A stretch of DNA of 61,399 nucleotides, the filler included, from Sphacelaria rigidula (lineage: Eukaryota), in NCBI GenBank assembly GCA_964200075.2. It is 9 parts of 9 records of this genome, joined end to end, with 100 filler letters (N's around TTAATTAATTAA, not from the genome) between each part and the next. Parts side by side here need not be neighbours in the genome. Positions count along the whole stretch, not along the records: positions 54,668 to 61,399 come from CAXNAA020018362.1; 8 more parts are not named here. One strand, written 5' to 3'. The notes beneath the pieces are model-generated. The model did not search any database. It was given only the letters and a program-made list of their open reading frames with translations, and had not been told where the DNA came from. Below are positions 60,722 to 61,399 of the stretch, one piece after another. Positions within the stretch are counted from its first letter, which is position 1; every line of letters starts with the position of its first letter. Made by a program: the position numbers and the translations under genes.

Positions 60722-61399
60722 TACTCGAACCATGACGCCGTTATATGGAATACAGGGCAGTATATTCAAAACAAACTACTTTTGCAGTGGTGTATGGAGA
60801 ACAGACTACTACACTCAACACCAGACAACACGGCAGTACGCAGTGTTTTTTAGTTTCAGGATCTGAACACGGACCCTCTGTGTGTGCGACCCCGGCTGTT
60901 GCGCCCACATATACCAAAATGTCTAGACCGGCGTCCAGAAAAGATGAGACGACAACACACACACGCACAGTGTACATATAAATGCCGCACAGTAGACAGC
61001 AGACAACTTGTAGTCTGCCGATGTGTGTGGGGGGTGCTGCTCTATTGCAGCGGAAGCTTCGAGGCGAGAATACCACCATCAAAACCAAGAACAAAGGAAA
61101 GAGGCAGATGCCCGCAACAGCAGCGGCCCAAAGTGGAGATGATTGACGAATACCGGAAACGGAGCGCACACTACTAACGGCCCGAAGCGGAAGGAGATCG
61201 TTGATCGGGGATGGGGATGGGGTTATGGGCAGAGGCGATCGGCTGCGTACATTTAGTCGGAGTGAGCCGCACCCCGCATGGTCTTACTCTGTAACGTTCA
61301 TGGTCTATCGTGCTTTCGTCGTTCGGATGAGATATCAGCCCGTACATGTTGATATATCATGCTTTTCTTCGTTACATTGCAGTTTTGAGCACGTGTTCT

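Overview
Eukaryotic, repeat-rich nuclear DNA of about 50% GC with isolated GT-AG exons. A brown alga (Phaeophyceae) is likely, but that is inference from style. The window is not contiguous: nine segments of 6732-6734 bp are joined by identical 100-bp N44-TTAATTAATTAA-N44 spacers. Host genes appear only as single exons: a subtilisin S8 C-terminal exon, a patatin-like phospholipase exon and an unknown helical-protein exon. The rest is mostly mobile DNA: two degenerate Ty3/Gypsy pol regions, a decayed LINE RT, many LINE 3' ends with poly-C tails, a complete non-autonomous hAT element with an 8-bp TSD, and many MITEs and foldbacks. The most interesting observations are: (1) CACACGTCGGACA-terminated elements inserted twice at the same GAAATCTT site in the end of another mini-element; (2) a hAT element carrying a cargo ORF with a GxGxxG motif fused to the hAT dimerisation domain, restored in frame by removing a nested TTAGGG-bearing MITE; (3) a family of about 80-bp TGT...ACA palindromes centred on AGCGCT; (4) C-tailed LINE ends; (5) a decayed HNH-like/RING-like intronless block.
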